64,000 nucleotides of DNA from a virus: positions 1-64,000 of the IMG/VR virus record IMGVR_UViG_3300017917_001194. One strand, 5' to 3'. Below are positions 38,780-46,437 of this stretch, one piece after another (the first letter of the stretch is position 1; each line of letters begins with the position of its first letter). The notes under the pieces are model-generated. The model saw nothing but the letters and a program-made list of their open reading frames with translations. It was not told where the DNA came from and made no database searches. The translations under genes and the position numbers were made by a program.

Positions 38780-39169
38780 TTAATTTGTTGGTAAACCTCT
38801 TGCCGCTCTGCCTTTACCCCTGTTTTTTCCTTTATAGGTGTCAGTAGTAGCATGACAATTAGGACATAGCAATCTTAAATTTTCTAACTTATTATTACCG
38901 GCATTGCCATCTATGTGATCTAAATCTAAAGGTATTTTGTTACCTAACCAAGTTTTACCCTTGCACATAGAACATTGATGTCCTTGTATTTTTTTCACAA
39001 ACTCTCTAATAGCCGGGCGTGACCAAACAGAATAGTCACCTTCTTCTAATTTTTTCAGATTATTTTGCTGTCGACCTTCAAAGTAACATTTACGACAACA
39101 ATACATATTAGAGTTACTCAATCGTTTAGGCATAAACGATGTGTTACAAGTTTTACAAACATAGTCCAT
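38780..39169 (-). mobile_element. HNH homing endonuclease
   Basis: LDLDHIDGNAGNNKLENLRLLCPNCHATT. Confidence 0.9.
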
Positions 39170-39212
39170 AACATTATTCTCCTATATCGTATTTAGTATA
39201 ATGTCATTATTT

Positions 39213-39286
39213 TGGTGCTTCGTGAAAGAATCGAACTTCCGTGTCCCACTTGTAAGGAGGGCATTCTGCCATTAAATTAACGAAGC
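39213..39286 (-). tRNA. tRNA-Val(TAC)
   Basis: Cloverleaf, CCA. Confidence 0.9.
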
Positions 39287-39291
39287 ATGCG

Positions 39292-39368
39292 TGGCCGGTC
39301 TTGCAGGATTCGAACCCACCACCCCCTGGTTCGTAGCCAGGTACTCTATCCAAATGAGCTAAAGACCG
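39292..39368 (-). tRNA. tRNA-Arg(ACG)
   Basis: Cloverleaf, CCA. Confidence 0.94.
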
Positions 39369-39371
39369 AAG

Positions 39372-39463
39372 TATAACCCAGGGCTACCAGAGTAAAAATC
39401 ACACGTCTAACAGCATGTCATTTACTGTAGATTACTGTAGGTAGTGGGCTGGGCCGTTATAAC
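39372..39463 (-). ncRNA. Candidate rod-shaped ncRNA between tRNA-Ile and tRNA-Arg
   Basis: Nested helices TATAAC/GTTATA, CCCAG/CTGGG, CTACC/GGTAG, AGTAAA/TTTACT, ACATG/CGTGT. Confidence 0.45.
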
Positions 39464-39537
39464 TGGTAGCCAGAACAAGAATTGAACTTGTAATAATCGC
39501 TTATCAAGCGACCGTTATACCATTTAACTATCCGGCT
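39464..39537 (-). tRNA. tRNA-Ile(GAT)
   Basis: Cloverleaf, CCA. Confidence 0.92.
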
Positions 39538-39538
39538 G

Positions 39539-39616
39539 TGGTCTCGGGTGAGGGATTCGAACTCTCGTTATTCCTGGTCCCAAACCAGGTGCCATACCAG
39601 ACTAGGCGAACCCGAG
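39539..39616 (-). tRNA. tRNA-Pro(TGG)
   Basis: Cloverleaf, CCA. Confidence 0.93.
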
Positions 39617-39617
39617 T

Positions 39618-40388
39618 TTAAAGTTTTGAATATTTCTCATTCCACACCCTGATTCTTTCTAATAATTCCTCATAGGTGATTGAATTTTTTTTATGTTTTG
39701 AACTATTTTTAGTATGTATAAGTAGTTCACAATTTGCCGGGTGCCTTATATGTTCCACTGGTAAGTTATTATCAAATCCATATCTACAACTAATCATATG
39801 ATCCCTACTTACTCCTCCGGTATTGTTACCTCTATTTGAGGCTTGATACCACCCGTGTGTTTTTATTAAATTAAAATTAAACTCATCTGGGTAATCTTTA
39901 AGATTAAATCTAAATTGACAATCGGCACGATAATTTTGCCATTCTGTTCTCTTTGCCCTTAACGGAATGTTTTTATAATCTATAGCACACTTTTTACAAC
40001 AGAACGTTTTAATTTTACTAAAAGTTTCAAATTGAGAATTACAGTGCTTACATTGTTTACTAATTAATTGTTTGCTCTTGGCCGGCCCTGTTTTAAATTT
40101 TGAATAATCTTTAATAGCATTATTATAAATGGCCGCACAAGAGTTAGAACAAAATTTATTATGTCTTCTATTATACTCAAGTTTAGTACCACATTGAGCA
40201 CATAGATTGGGATTTTTTATATATTTGTCAATAACATCTTCTTGGTGTCGTTTAGCTAAGATATCATATTTGCCGTTATATCCAGAGGAATATTTTGATA
40301 GATTAAGATGCGTTCTATCAACATGAGTAAATATTCCTTTTGCTGATTTAACTTCTTTACAGTATATACAACTACACAGTGTCGGCAT
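39618..40388 (-). mobile_element. HNH-like homing endonuclease with zinc-finger repeats
   Basis: CxxC..FCSxSC repeats; SRDHMIS...HPANC...N..K. Confidence 0.75.
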
Positions 40389-40462
40389 TTTTCATCTCCA
40401 AAAGTATTTTATACTATTATTTATCATTGGTGGATAATCTAATAGTTAAATTAAAACACTTT

Positions 40463-40535
40463 TGGAGATGGTCAGGATCGAACTGACTACCTTCTGCTTG
40501 CAAAGCAGATGCTCTCCCAAATGAGCTACACCCCC
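40463..40535 (-). tRNA. tRNA-Ala(TGC), CCA not encoded
   Basis: Cloverleaf with G3:U70; ends at discriminator A. Confidence 0.9.
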
Positions 40536-40539
40536 GTAA

Positions 40540-40615
40540 TGGAGCAGGATATCGGGTTCGAACCGATGACCTCGACGTTGGCAACGTGGCGCTCTACCAG
40601 CTGAGCTAATCCTGC
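40540..40615 (-). tRNA. tRNA-Gly(GCC)
   Basis: Cloverleaf, CCA. Confidence 0.93.
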
Positions 40616-40621
40616 ATTGTT

Positions 40622-40697
40622 TGGCAGGGGATGAGTGGATCGAACACTCTCAATGGCGGGATCAAAACCCGCTGCCTTCCCATTTGGCGAATCCCCA
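40622..40697 (-). tRNA. tRNA-Gln(TTG)
   Basis: Cloverleaf, U1-U72 mismatch, CCA. Confidence 0.9.
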
Positions 40698-40755
40698 CTT
40701 GTACTACTTGGCGGTTAAAAATAGTTCGAACCGCAAACTTGAGATAAATATTAGT

Positions 40756-41574
40756 ATGACAAAAAAATATTTTACTCAATCACAATGTAAACATTGTGGT
40801 AAAATTTACACTAAACAGAGAGATTCAAACAGATCTTTCTGCGACAATCAATGTCGTGTAAACTTCCGAATTGCTAACAAAAAAGTTATTATTAGGCCTT
40901 CTAAAACTTGCCCTAAATGTCACACTATTCACAATAAAATAGGAACATTCTGCTCTCGTAGTTGTGCCAATGGACACATTGTTACAGATAAGCATAAATC
41001 TAAATTAATGGACACTATTAATACTAAACTCACTATTAAGAACCAATTCGGTGAACACCCACGAAAATCTGCATTGCCAAAAAATATTGGCAAGATTAGG
41101 CAATTTAATTATGTTGGCCCATATACTAAAATATACTTGTGCACCTGCAAATATTCTGGAAAGAAGTGGTATTCGCCTACAGTTAAAACCGTTCATCCTG
41201 ACTTGGGACGGACACGGAAAGAATACAGTTACTCTTGTCGTTTTCAGTTTGGAATTTCATCATTTCCAGATTGGTTTACTGATGCGTCTGAATTAATAAA
41301 CAAATACGGCTGGTACTCAACTCCCGGGTCGCGCAAAGGAATTAAAAACACAAACGGAATCTCGAGAGATCATTTATATTCGATCACCGACGGATGGACA
41401 AACAATGTTCCTCCCGAACTTATCCGGCATCCGGCGAATTGTGAGCTAGTCCCTCATCAGCAAAACCAATCTAAATATTATACTTCAAAAATAACGCTTG
41501 ATGAATTATATCAACGAATACGCCAATTTAATTTGTTATATGGGCTACCCTGCACCGACTTGAACGGCGACTAA
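40756..41574 (+). mobile_element. HNH-like homing endonuclease (paralogue of 39618-40388)
   Basis: SRDHLYS...HPANCELV; start at ATG 5 nt after TAAATA. Confidence 0.75.
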
Positions 41575-41615
41575 AAATTTTGGAGATTTCTGTGCTACCT
41601 TTACACTACAGGGCA
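41545..41615 (-). tRNA. tRNA-Trp(CCA)
   Basis: Cloverleaf; 3' end reads G-CCCA rather than G-CCA; overlapped antisense by HNH gene end. Confidence 0.8.
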
Positions 41616-41629
41616 ATAACTATTTAAAT

Positions 41630-41714
41630 TGGTGGAGTATCCAGGGATCGAACCGGGCGTGCCATAAGGCGGGGGATTTACAGTCCCCTGCATCACCGTT
41701 GATGCTTCTACTCC
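41630..41714 (-). tRNA. tRNA-Tyr(GTA)
   Basis: Cloverleaf, long variable arm, CCA. Confidence 0.92.
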
Positions 41715-41722
41715 AAATTGTA

Positions 41723-41799
41723 TGGCATCCTGTAGGGGATTCGAACCCCTGAATGTCACCGTGAAAGGGTGATGACTTAGGCCGCTTGTCGAACAGGAT
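41723..41799 (-). tRNA. tRNA-Glu(TTC)
   Basis: Cloverleaf, CCA. Confidence 0.93.
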
Positions 41800-41805
41800 A
41801 AAACC

Positions 41806-41881
41806 TGGTTGCGGGAGGAGGAATTGAACCTACCATCTGAGAGCTTATGAGACTCCCGTGCGACCACTACACTTTCCCGCG
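41806..41881 (-). tRNA. tRNA-fMet(CAT)
   Basis: C1-A72 mismatch, CAT anticodon, CCA; anticodon stem lacks three consecutive G-C pairs. Confidence 0.8.
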
Positions 41882-41888
41882 ATTGTTC

Positions 41889-41972
41889 TGGCTCCGAAGG
41901 TAGGCTTCGAACCTACAGTGCTTTCGCGGCAGATTAACAGTCTGCTGAGTTTACCAGTTCCTCTACTTCGGA
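41889..41972 (-). tRNA. tRNA-Asn(GTT) with enlarged variable arm
   Basis: 84-nt cloverleaf, GC-GAAA-GC variable hairpin, CCA. Confidence 0.88.
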
Positions 41973-41979
41973 ATTGTCT

Positions 41980-42054
41980 TGGCGGTCTCAAGGGGTAACG
42001 ATCCCCTTCTTTATGCGTGACAGGCATATGTGCGTCCATGAACACTTTGAGACC
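41980..42054 (-). tRNA. tRNA-Asp(GTC)
   Basis: Cloverleaf, atypical T-loop ATCGTTA, CCA. Confidence 0.88.
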
Positions 42055-42060
42055 AAAATC

Positions 42061-42125
42061 TGGTGAGTAGTTTTGTTACTCCGGACTACTACTAACCGGG
42101 TTTCACTAATAACTGGCTGAGCCAG
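42061..42125 (-). ncRNA. Candidate small pseudoknotted RNA ending in ACCA
   Basis: CCGG/CCGG stem, loop AGTAGT complementary to ACTACT just before CACCA. Confidence 0.45.
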
Positions 42126-42135
42126 AATTCGTGTT

Positions 42136-42213
42136 TGGAGCAACGGGTGTGATTCGAACACACGGCTTTAGGGATTTGCAGTCCCTTGCATTGGGCCACT
42201 CTGCCACCGTTGC
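42136..42213 (-). tRNA. tRNA-Cys(GCA)
   Basis: Cloverleaf, U73, CCA. Confidence 0.93.
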
Positions 42214-42403
42214 ATATCATACTGAAGCACACTCGAGAGAATGTGCTTTAGTATGCTGTGATTTTTTGTTCCACACAAGGAACTCCATCCTACAGTCCGC
42301 CCATTTGTACTGTTTTAAGTGTAGTACAGGATCTCGTTTCCTATAACCACTCTAAATCGTTCTTGGAATGATTGTTCCAACCATTCTGCAAGCAGTTAGA
42401 TAT

Positions 42404-42601
42404 CTATCTTGACCACTTGGAGTAAAGACCGCTCCGTGTTGCTATGGGGCAATCTTTTCTGGCTTCGAGTTCGGCTTGTGCCCTATCGATCTTGTTTCGG
42501 AACAATTTTGCTTTTTGTTCGTCAGTTAGAACATAGTGAGCCGCTTCGAACGCCTTTTGAACGATCGTATTATGCAATTCCGTATTGTCTATAGTCTGCA
42601 T
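42404..42601 (-). CDS. 65-aa hypothetical protein, first gene after the attenuator
   Basis: AAGGAGA RBS; ends TAG. Confidence 0.65.
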   Translation of the reverse strand: MQTIDNTELHNTIVQKAFEAAHYVLTDEQKAKLFRNKIDRAQAELEARKDCPIATRSGLYSKWSR

Positions 42602-42620
42602 CGCGTTTCTCCTTCTTTCT

Positions 42621-42694
42621 AAAATAAAAACCCCAGGGTGTTTAGTCCTGGGGCTCTTGAATAAAGTTTAAAATACAATTCTATTCAGAACCCC
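42621..42694 (-). terminator. Attenuator: terminator with overlapping antiterminator
   Basis: Terminator AGCCCCAGG-N9-CCTGGGGTT-TTTATTTT (42621-42655); antiterminator GGGGTTCTGAATA (42682-42694) pairs with TATTCAAGAGCCCC (42650-42663). Confidence 0.8.
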
Positions 42695-42797
42695 TGATAC
42701 CGTACACAATATTACCCTCTGTTGGTAGGCAGGCTGACGACCAACGTAATGCGGGCATCTGCTTACTATCAAAGGTTATGTGTCTTAAAGTATTCAT
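42681..42797 (-). CDS. 38-aa leader peptide containing all 20 amino acids
   Basis: MNTLRHITFDSKQMPALRWSSACLPTEGNIVYGIRGSE*; starts a few nt after predicted TSS; last codons form the antiterminator strand. Confidence 0.7.
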   Translation of the reverse strand: MNTLRHITFDSKQMPALRWSSACLPTEGNIVYGIRGSE

Positions 42798-42807
42798 AAT
42801 AGTATGT

Positions 42808-42836
42808 ATTATAGTTTAGATATTTATATCCGTCAA
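42808..42836 (-). promoter_or_regulatory. sigma70 promoter of tRNA operon with nested TAAATA late element
   Basis: TTGACG-N17-TATAAT; TAAATA at 42821-42826 in spacer. Confidence 0.85.
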
Positions 42837-43213
42837 CCTCTTTTGGTAAAATTATTTATCCCTTGTAAATCACTGGTTTCGCCACGTGCTACACGATATG
42901 CGTCCACTGCTCGCATACGAGCTAACATTAGTCTCAAACGCATTTCATCTGTAATTACTACATCATCTTCTGTGGGTGCAATATCTACTCGTGCTTTTAA
43001 TACTGTGTCTCTACGTACAATCATATACTGTTGAGCCACAGTTAAACTGTCATCATCTTCATCGTCGGCAAAATACTTGTGTATGGGCAGGTGACGTGTG
43101 GTCAGCTTGATTACTTGCTTGACTTCTGGCTCTGGTGCGGCCACTGGATCTGAAGCATAAGCAACGGCAAATATTACCGCTAATGCAGCGGTTAAAATAT
43201 ATCTTGTTCTCAT
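42833..43213 (-). CDS. Putative secreted protein
   Basis: Signal-peptide-like N-terminus. Confidence 0.65.
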   Translation of the reverse strand: MRTRYILTAALAVIFAVAYASDPVAAPEPEVKQVIKLTTRHLPIHKYFADDEDDDSLTVAQQYMIVRRDTVLKARVDIAPTEDDVVITDEMRLRLMLARMRAVDAYRVARGETSDLQGINNFTKRG

Positions 43214-43507
43214 TTAGTTTGGTACCAATACAGTTCTATAGCAGTTACAACTAGCATCTACTATGGTTTCATAGTGGTAGCCATATGGTGCTACGGGTTG
43301 AGCAGGTGGATAATACACCGGCTGTGGTTGAACATAAACCGTTCTAGGTTGTGCGAGGGCATAACCCAATACGCCGCCTATCACTATCGGGGCGATCCAA
43401 TTCTGGCCTCCGTGGTGATGTGAATGGTTCCAATGATTCGGATTTGCCTGGCTTGAGTTCGCTATTAACATCATACTTGCAAAAAGCAGTGTGATAACCT
43501 TTTTCAT
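43214..43507 (-). CDS. Putative secreted/membrane Pro-Tyr-rich protein
   Basis: Signal peptide, His-rich stretch, glycine-zipper-like segment, QPQPVYYP. Confidence 0.7.
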   Translation of the reverse strand: MKKVITLLFASMMLIANSSQANPNHWNHSHHHGGQNWIAPIVIGGVLGYALAQPRTVYVQPQPVYYPPAQPVAPYGYHYETIVDASCNCYRTVLVPN

Positions 43508-43570
43508 AGTTGTTTTCCTTTGTGTGGCTCATACTATATTAACGCCTGCCCGCACGAAAAAGTTGACAAG

Positions 43571-43595
43571 AAAAAGGCCCAATTAAGGGCCTTTT
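43571..43595. terminator. Intrinsic terminator after tmRNA
   Basis: AAAAAGGCCC-AATTAA-GGGCCTTTT. Confidence 0.85.
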
Positions 43596-43910
43596 GGTTG
43601 TTTCTGTTACGAGGTAAGTCCTACCCTAAGCAGTGATTAAACTGCTAAAGTTTGGCGTTGTGCTGTACGAGCAGAGAATTTAACGTTCTTACCTGAAACA
43701 GTTACTTCGCCTTTAGATGCGTTTGCATTTACATTTATTTGCTTGGATTACGTCCATCGCCTCTCGTGTTGTCTGCTACAATACTAATTCGCCCGTCGAG
43801 TCTAAATCAGGCCCCTCATAAACATTCTACTTAAAATGCTTATGGTGGACCTGGGGAGGCACTGCCCCTCCCGTCCGAACAACCTTTCTCTTCACTTCAT
43901 ACAACAATTC
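43596..43910 (-). ncRNA. ssrA: Circularly permuted (two-piece) tmRNA; ends approximate
   Basis: Acceptor piece ...GGAGG-GGCAGTG-CCTCC-CAGGTCC-ACCA (ends 43843) precedes GGGCCTG (43814) giving G3:U70; tag ANASKGEVTVSGKNVKFSARTAQRQTLAV* at 43726-43637. Confidence 0.88.
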
Positions 43911-43911
43911 T

Positions 43912-44115
43912 TTACTCTCTACCCCAATCAATATGTGTCCAAATTCTATCATAAATGTAGTACGAACAAGTCCATACTATGTTAATAATGATAGCAGGTA
44001 ATATTGCTTGCGTAGTACTTTGTCCAGTGATCAACAACATTACATAGGTGCTTAGTATAACCCAGCATCTGTAGATTAAAGTTTTTACTAATGTTCGCTT
44101 TTTCGTATCTTTCAT
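43912..44115 (-). CDS. DUF2061-like small membrane protein
   Basis: KRTLVKTLIYR...YYIYDRIWTHIDWG. Confidence 0.7.
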   Translation of the reverse strand: MKDTKKRTLVKTLIYRCWVILSTYVMLLITGQSTTQAILPAIIINIVWTCSYYIYDRIWTHIDWGRE

Positions 44116-44318
44116 AATTCTTTTACCACTCCACGATAGCATAAAGGTATATACCACCACGGTTGACGTCTGGGTTTTGTTAGAGTATATTCTAATACCT
44201 TGCCGTTAGGACTTACCCAGGTATTATGGAATCCTAACCAAGTGCGACTACGATGCCAGCGAATACTTCCGCCCCAACGAAATCGCATCCATAACGCAAA
44301 AACCAAACAATTACACAT
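44112..44318 (-). CDS. Hypothetical protein
   Basis: AGGAG RBS. Confidence 0.6.
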   Translation of the reverse strand: MCNCLVFALWMRFRWGGSIRWHRSRTWLGFHNTWVSPNGKVLEYTLTKPRRQPWWYIPLCYRGVVKEL

Positions 44319-44464
44319 GTGTTAATCTCCTACTATTATGTAGCGTATTTTACACGCCAAAGATTAACACAATATTAAATCTAGCCGACCCACCACCAAT
44401 TTTTTCTAAAATTGGAAACTATTACTAGTATATATGGTTACTGATTACTTGTCAATTTGTATGA

Positions 44465-45193
44465 CTATTTCTTTTTATATTTAGGTAATATTCTATGCAT
44501 TGGCGGAACGGCAATGCTATCTGGAGGAACATCTTTCATTAGTGTAACTCCCATCCACACTGTGGATCCGGCACCGACTCTTAAAGGTATTCCTTTGTTA
44601 TTAAATCCTCCAATGATTGTACTTCTGGCACCAATTTTCGCATGATCCTCAATGATAGCATTAGATATTAAACAACTTGATCCCAATGATACATTTCGGC
44701 CAATATATACGTCGTGGCCTATGTGCGAAGTGCAATCAAGTATGCAATGATCCCCGATGGTGATATTAGAACGTAATCCACTCCCGGGAGATATCATAAT
44801 GCCCTTGCCCATTTTAATGTTGTAACCGGGTGTATATGCACATGTAGGATCGATTAAATTAATTACATTAACTCCTGCGCGGTCTACTAGGTCTATTCGA
44901 TCCTTGCGTACTTGTTCATTATCGAGACCAATGTCATTTAAATGTTGACTACCAGTCCAAAAACTAGTTACGATAAAATCGCACTCTTCTCGCCACTGTC
45001 TAGCCTGTTTATTTTCTGTATCTAATAGCCAATCTTCGTTTCCAATGATAGGAATGTCAAATACTGATTCGGTATTTCCGTAATAATATTTGTCTAAAAT
45101 ACCTAGAACTTTAATACCTAATCGATTAGTAATATGTATAGGAAGAGAAAAATCTCCCCTCACTCCAACAAAGATAACTGGTTTTTTATTCAT
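44465..45193 (-). CDS. NeuD/PglD-like hexapeptide-repeat sugar acetyltransferase
   Basis: Left-handed beta-helix repeats, IGHD, VWMGVTLMKDVP. Confidence 0.8.
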   Translation of the reverse strand: MNKKPVIFVGVRGDFSLPIHITNRLGIKVLGILDKYYYGNTESVFDIPIIGNEDWLLDTENKQARQWREECDFIVTSFWTGSQHLNDIGLDNEQVRKDRIDLVDRAGVNVINLIDPTCAYTPGYNIKMGKGIMISPGSGLRSNITIGDHCILDCTSHIGHDVYIGRNVSLGSSCLISNAIIEDHAKIGARSTIIGGFNNKGIPLRVGAGSTVWMGVTLMKDVPPDSIAVPPMHRILPKYKKK

Positions 45194-45668
45194 AATCTTT
45201 GCTCACTATCACTGATGCACATCGTCCACCAAACCCATAACTATTTTTAATAAAACTGTTACAATGCTTTTCTAAATTTTCAGTTAACAACGCTGGATCA
45301 TCGGCTAATGGATTGGTTAGCCCAAATGTTCTTGGAATGATATTATATTCTAAACTAGCTAAACCATAAATTAATTCAAGGGCACCACATGCCCCTAGTG
45401 CATGTCCTATTTTGGCTTTTGCTGAATACATGGGTACACCTGGCAGATATTTTTTCATTACACGATATTCTATATCGTCACCTAATACTGTTGCTGTTGC
45501 ATGGGCACTAATGAAATCAACTGTATTCATACCTGCTTCTTTTAAGGCTTGACTAACAGACATTTCTGCCGCTATTTCATTTAAGCCGGTTAAATTTTCA
45601 AAGCAAGTTTTATAGTCGTTGCCTAGTGAATCAACAATGCCTACTCCGGTGATAGCGACTCTTGTCAT
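45186..45668 (-). CDS. Internally deleted beta-ketoacyl-ACP synthase (FabF-like)
   Basis: RVAITGVGIV..LG N-terminus joined to AHATAT..GD..E, KAKIGHALGACG, NSYGFGG. Confidence 0.7.
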   Translation of the reverse strand: MTRVAITGVGIVDSLGNDYKTCFENLTGLNEIAAEMSVSQALKEAGMNTVDFISAHATATVLGDDIEYRVMKKYLPGVPMYSAKAKIGHALGACGALELIYGLASLEYNIIPRTFGLTNPLADDPALLTENLEKHCNSFIKNSYGFGGRCASVIVSKDYE

Positions 45669-46273
45669 ACAGCCATCTCACGATCAAAACGACCGGATTC
45701 TATGTAATCAAATAGTTCAGGGCGGAATCGTATACTCAATGCAATACGCACAAGACCATGATTGACAATAGGTGCATGCGGAACGTAAACATTAATCCAG
45801 TGAGGAATCCAACTATCACATCGGCCGATTTCTTTAGCTGTGTCATCCTTAACGGCTAAGGCGTGATTAACATAGATATTTTCTCCTAGTTTGCCATTCA
45901 TTGTTTCTCTTGGCAATACTTCTGCTTCGTAAAAACCAGTATATGAATCTTCGCAGTTAGCCACTGGCAAATTTAAAGCGATGTTTCTTGCTTTCCACAA
46001 TGGAAAGTCTCTATGTATAGCATAATGTTTATTTGGTTTAACTAGAATAAGAGCGTTTTCGGCCATGCGATCTTCAAGATCCCAACTTTGAATTAGATGT
46101 ATAATATTAGGACAATTTGTTCTTAAATCATCATGTGAAACTGGAATGAAGTGTGTGTCATTGAATTGATCTAAGTCAGGCATGACAGCCTGTCTCAATT
46201 GCTCAAGATCTGTGCGATAATCTTCAATATTAATTTTAGCTGGTCTGTATAACCACTCTACTTGTTTTCTCAT
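45665..46273 (-). CDS. 2OG-Fe(II)/cupin-like oxygenase
   Basis: IHRD...ALNLP...PH...R.ALSIRF. Confidence 0.55.
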   Translation of the reverse strand: MRKQVEWLYRPAKINIEDYRTDLEQLRQAVMPDLDQFNDTHFIPVSHDDLRTNCPNIIHLIQSWDLEDRMAENALILVKPNKHYAIHRDFPLWKARNIALNLPVANCEDSYTGFYEAEVLPRETMNGKLGENIYVNHALAVKDDTAKEIGRCDSWIPHWINVYVPHAPIVNHGLVRIALSIRFRPELFDYIESGRFDREMAV

Positions 46274-46325
46274 TGGATTGCCTTTTTAATAATTAATTTT
46301 ATATTATTTTTTTGTAATTGTCAAT

Positions 46326-46437
46326 GCTTGTAGAGTATCTACGCACGGCTGGCGTTCTAAGCGTTACACGTTAGTAAAGTGGTCGAACCACAGGCGTCAT
46401 TTTGAAAGCCGACGTCGGAGAATCCGGCGTTGCAAGA
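46326..46437 (-). ncRNA. Candidate GC-rich structured RNA behind a late promoter
   Basis: Intergenic, TAAATA at 46439-46444, hairpins CGGA-TTC-TCCG and GTGG-TTCGA-CCAC, long-range CGGCT/AGCCG. Confidence 0.45.

Noticed and set aside
35580-42346. ORF-track entries spanning tRNAs (35580-35849, 37821-38102, 37841-38140, 38118-38450, 41601-41867, 41845-42045, 42131-42346) and 5' extensions of 36281, 36612, 40621 and 46448
   Set aside because: They are chance frames through tRNA genes with no RBS; real starts were reassigned. Only 37837-38016 has a strong RBS and a non-tRNA coding part.
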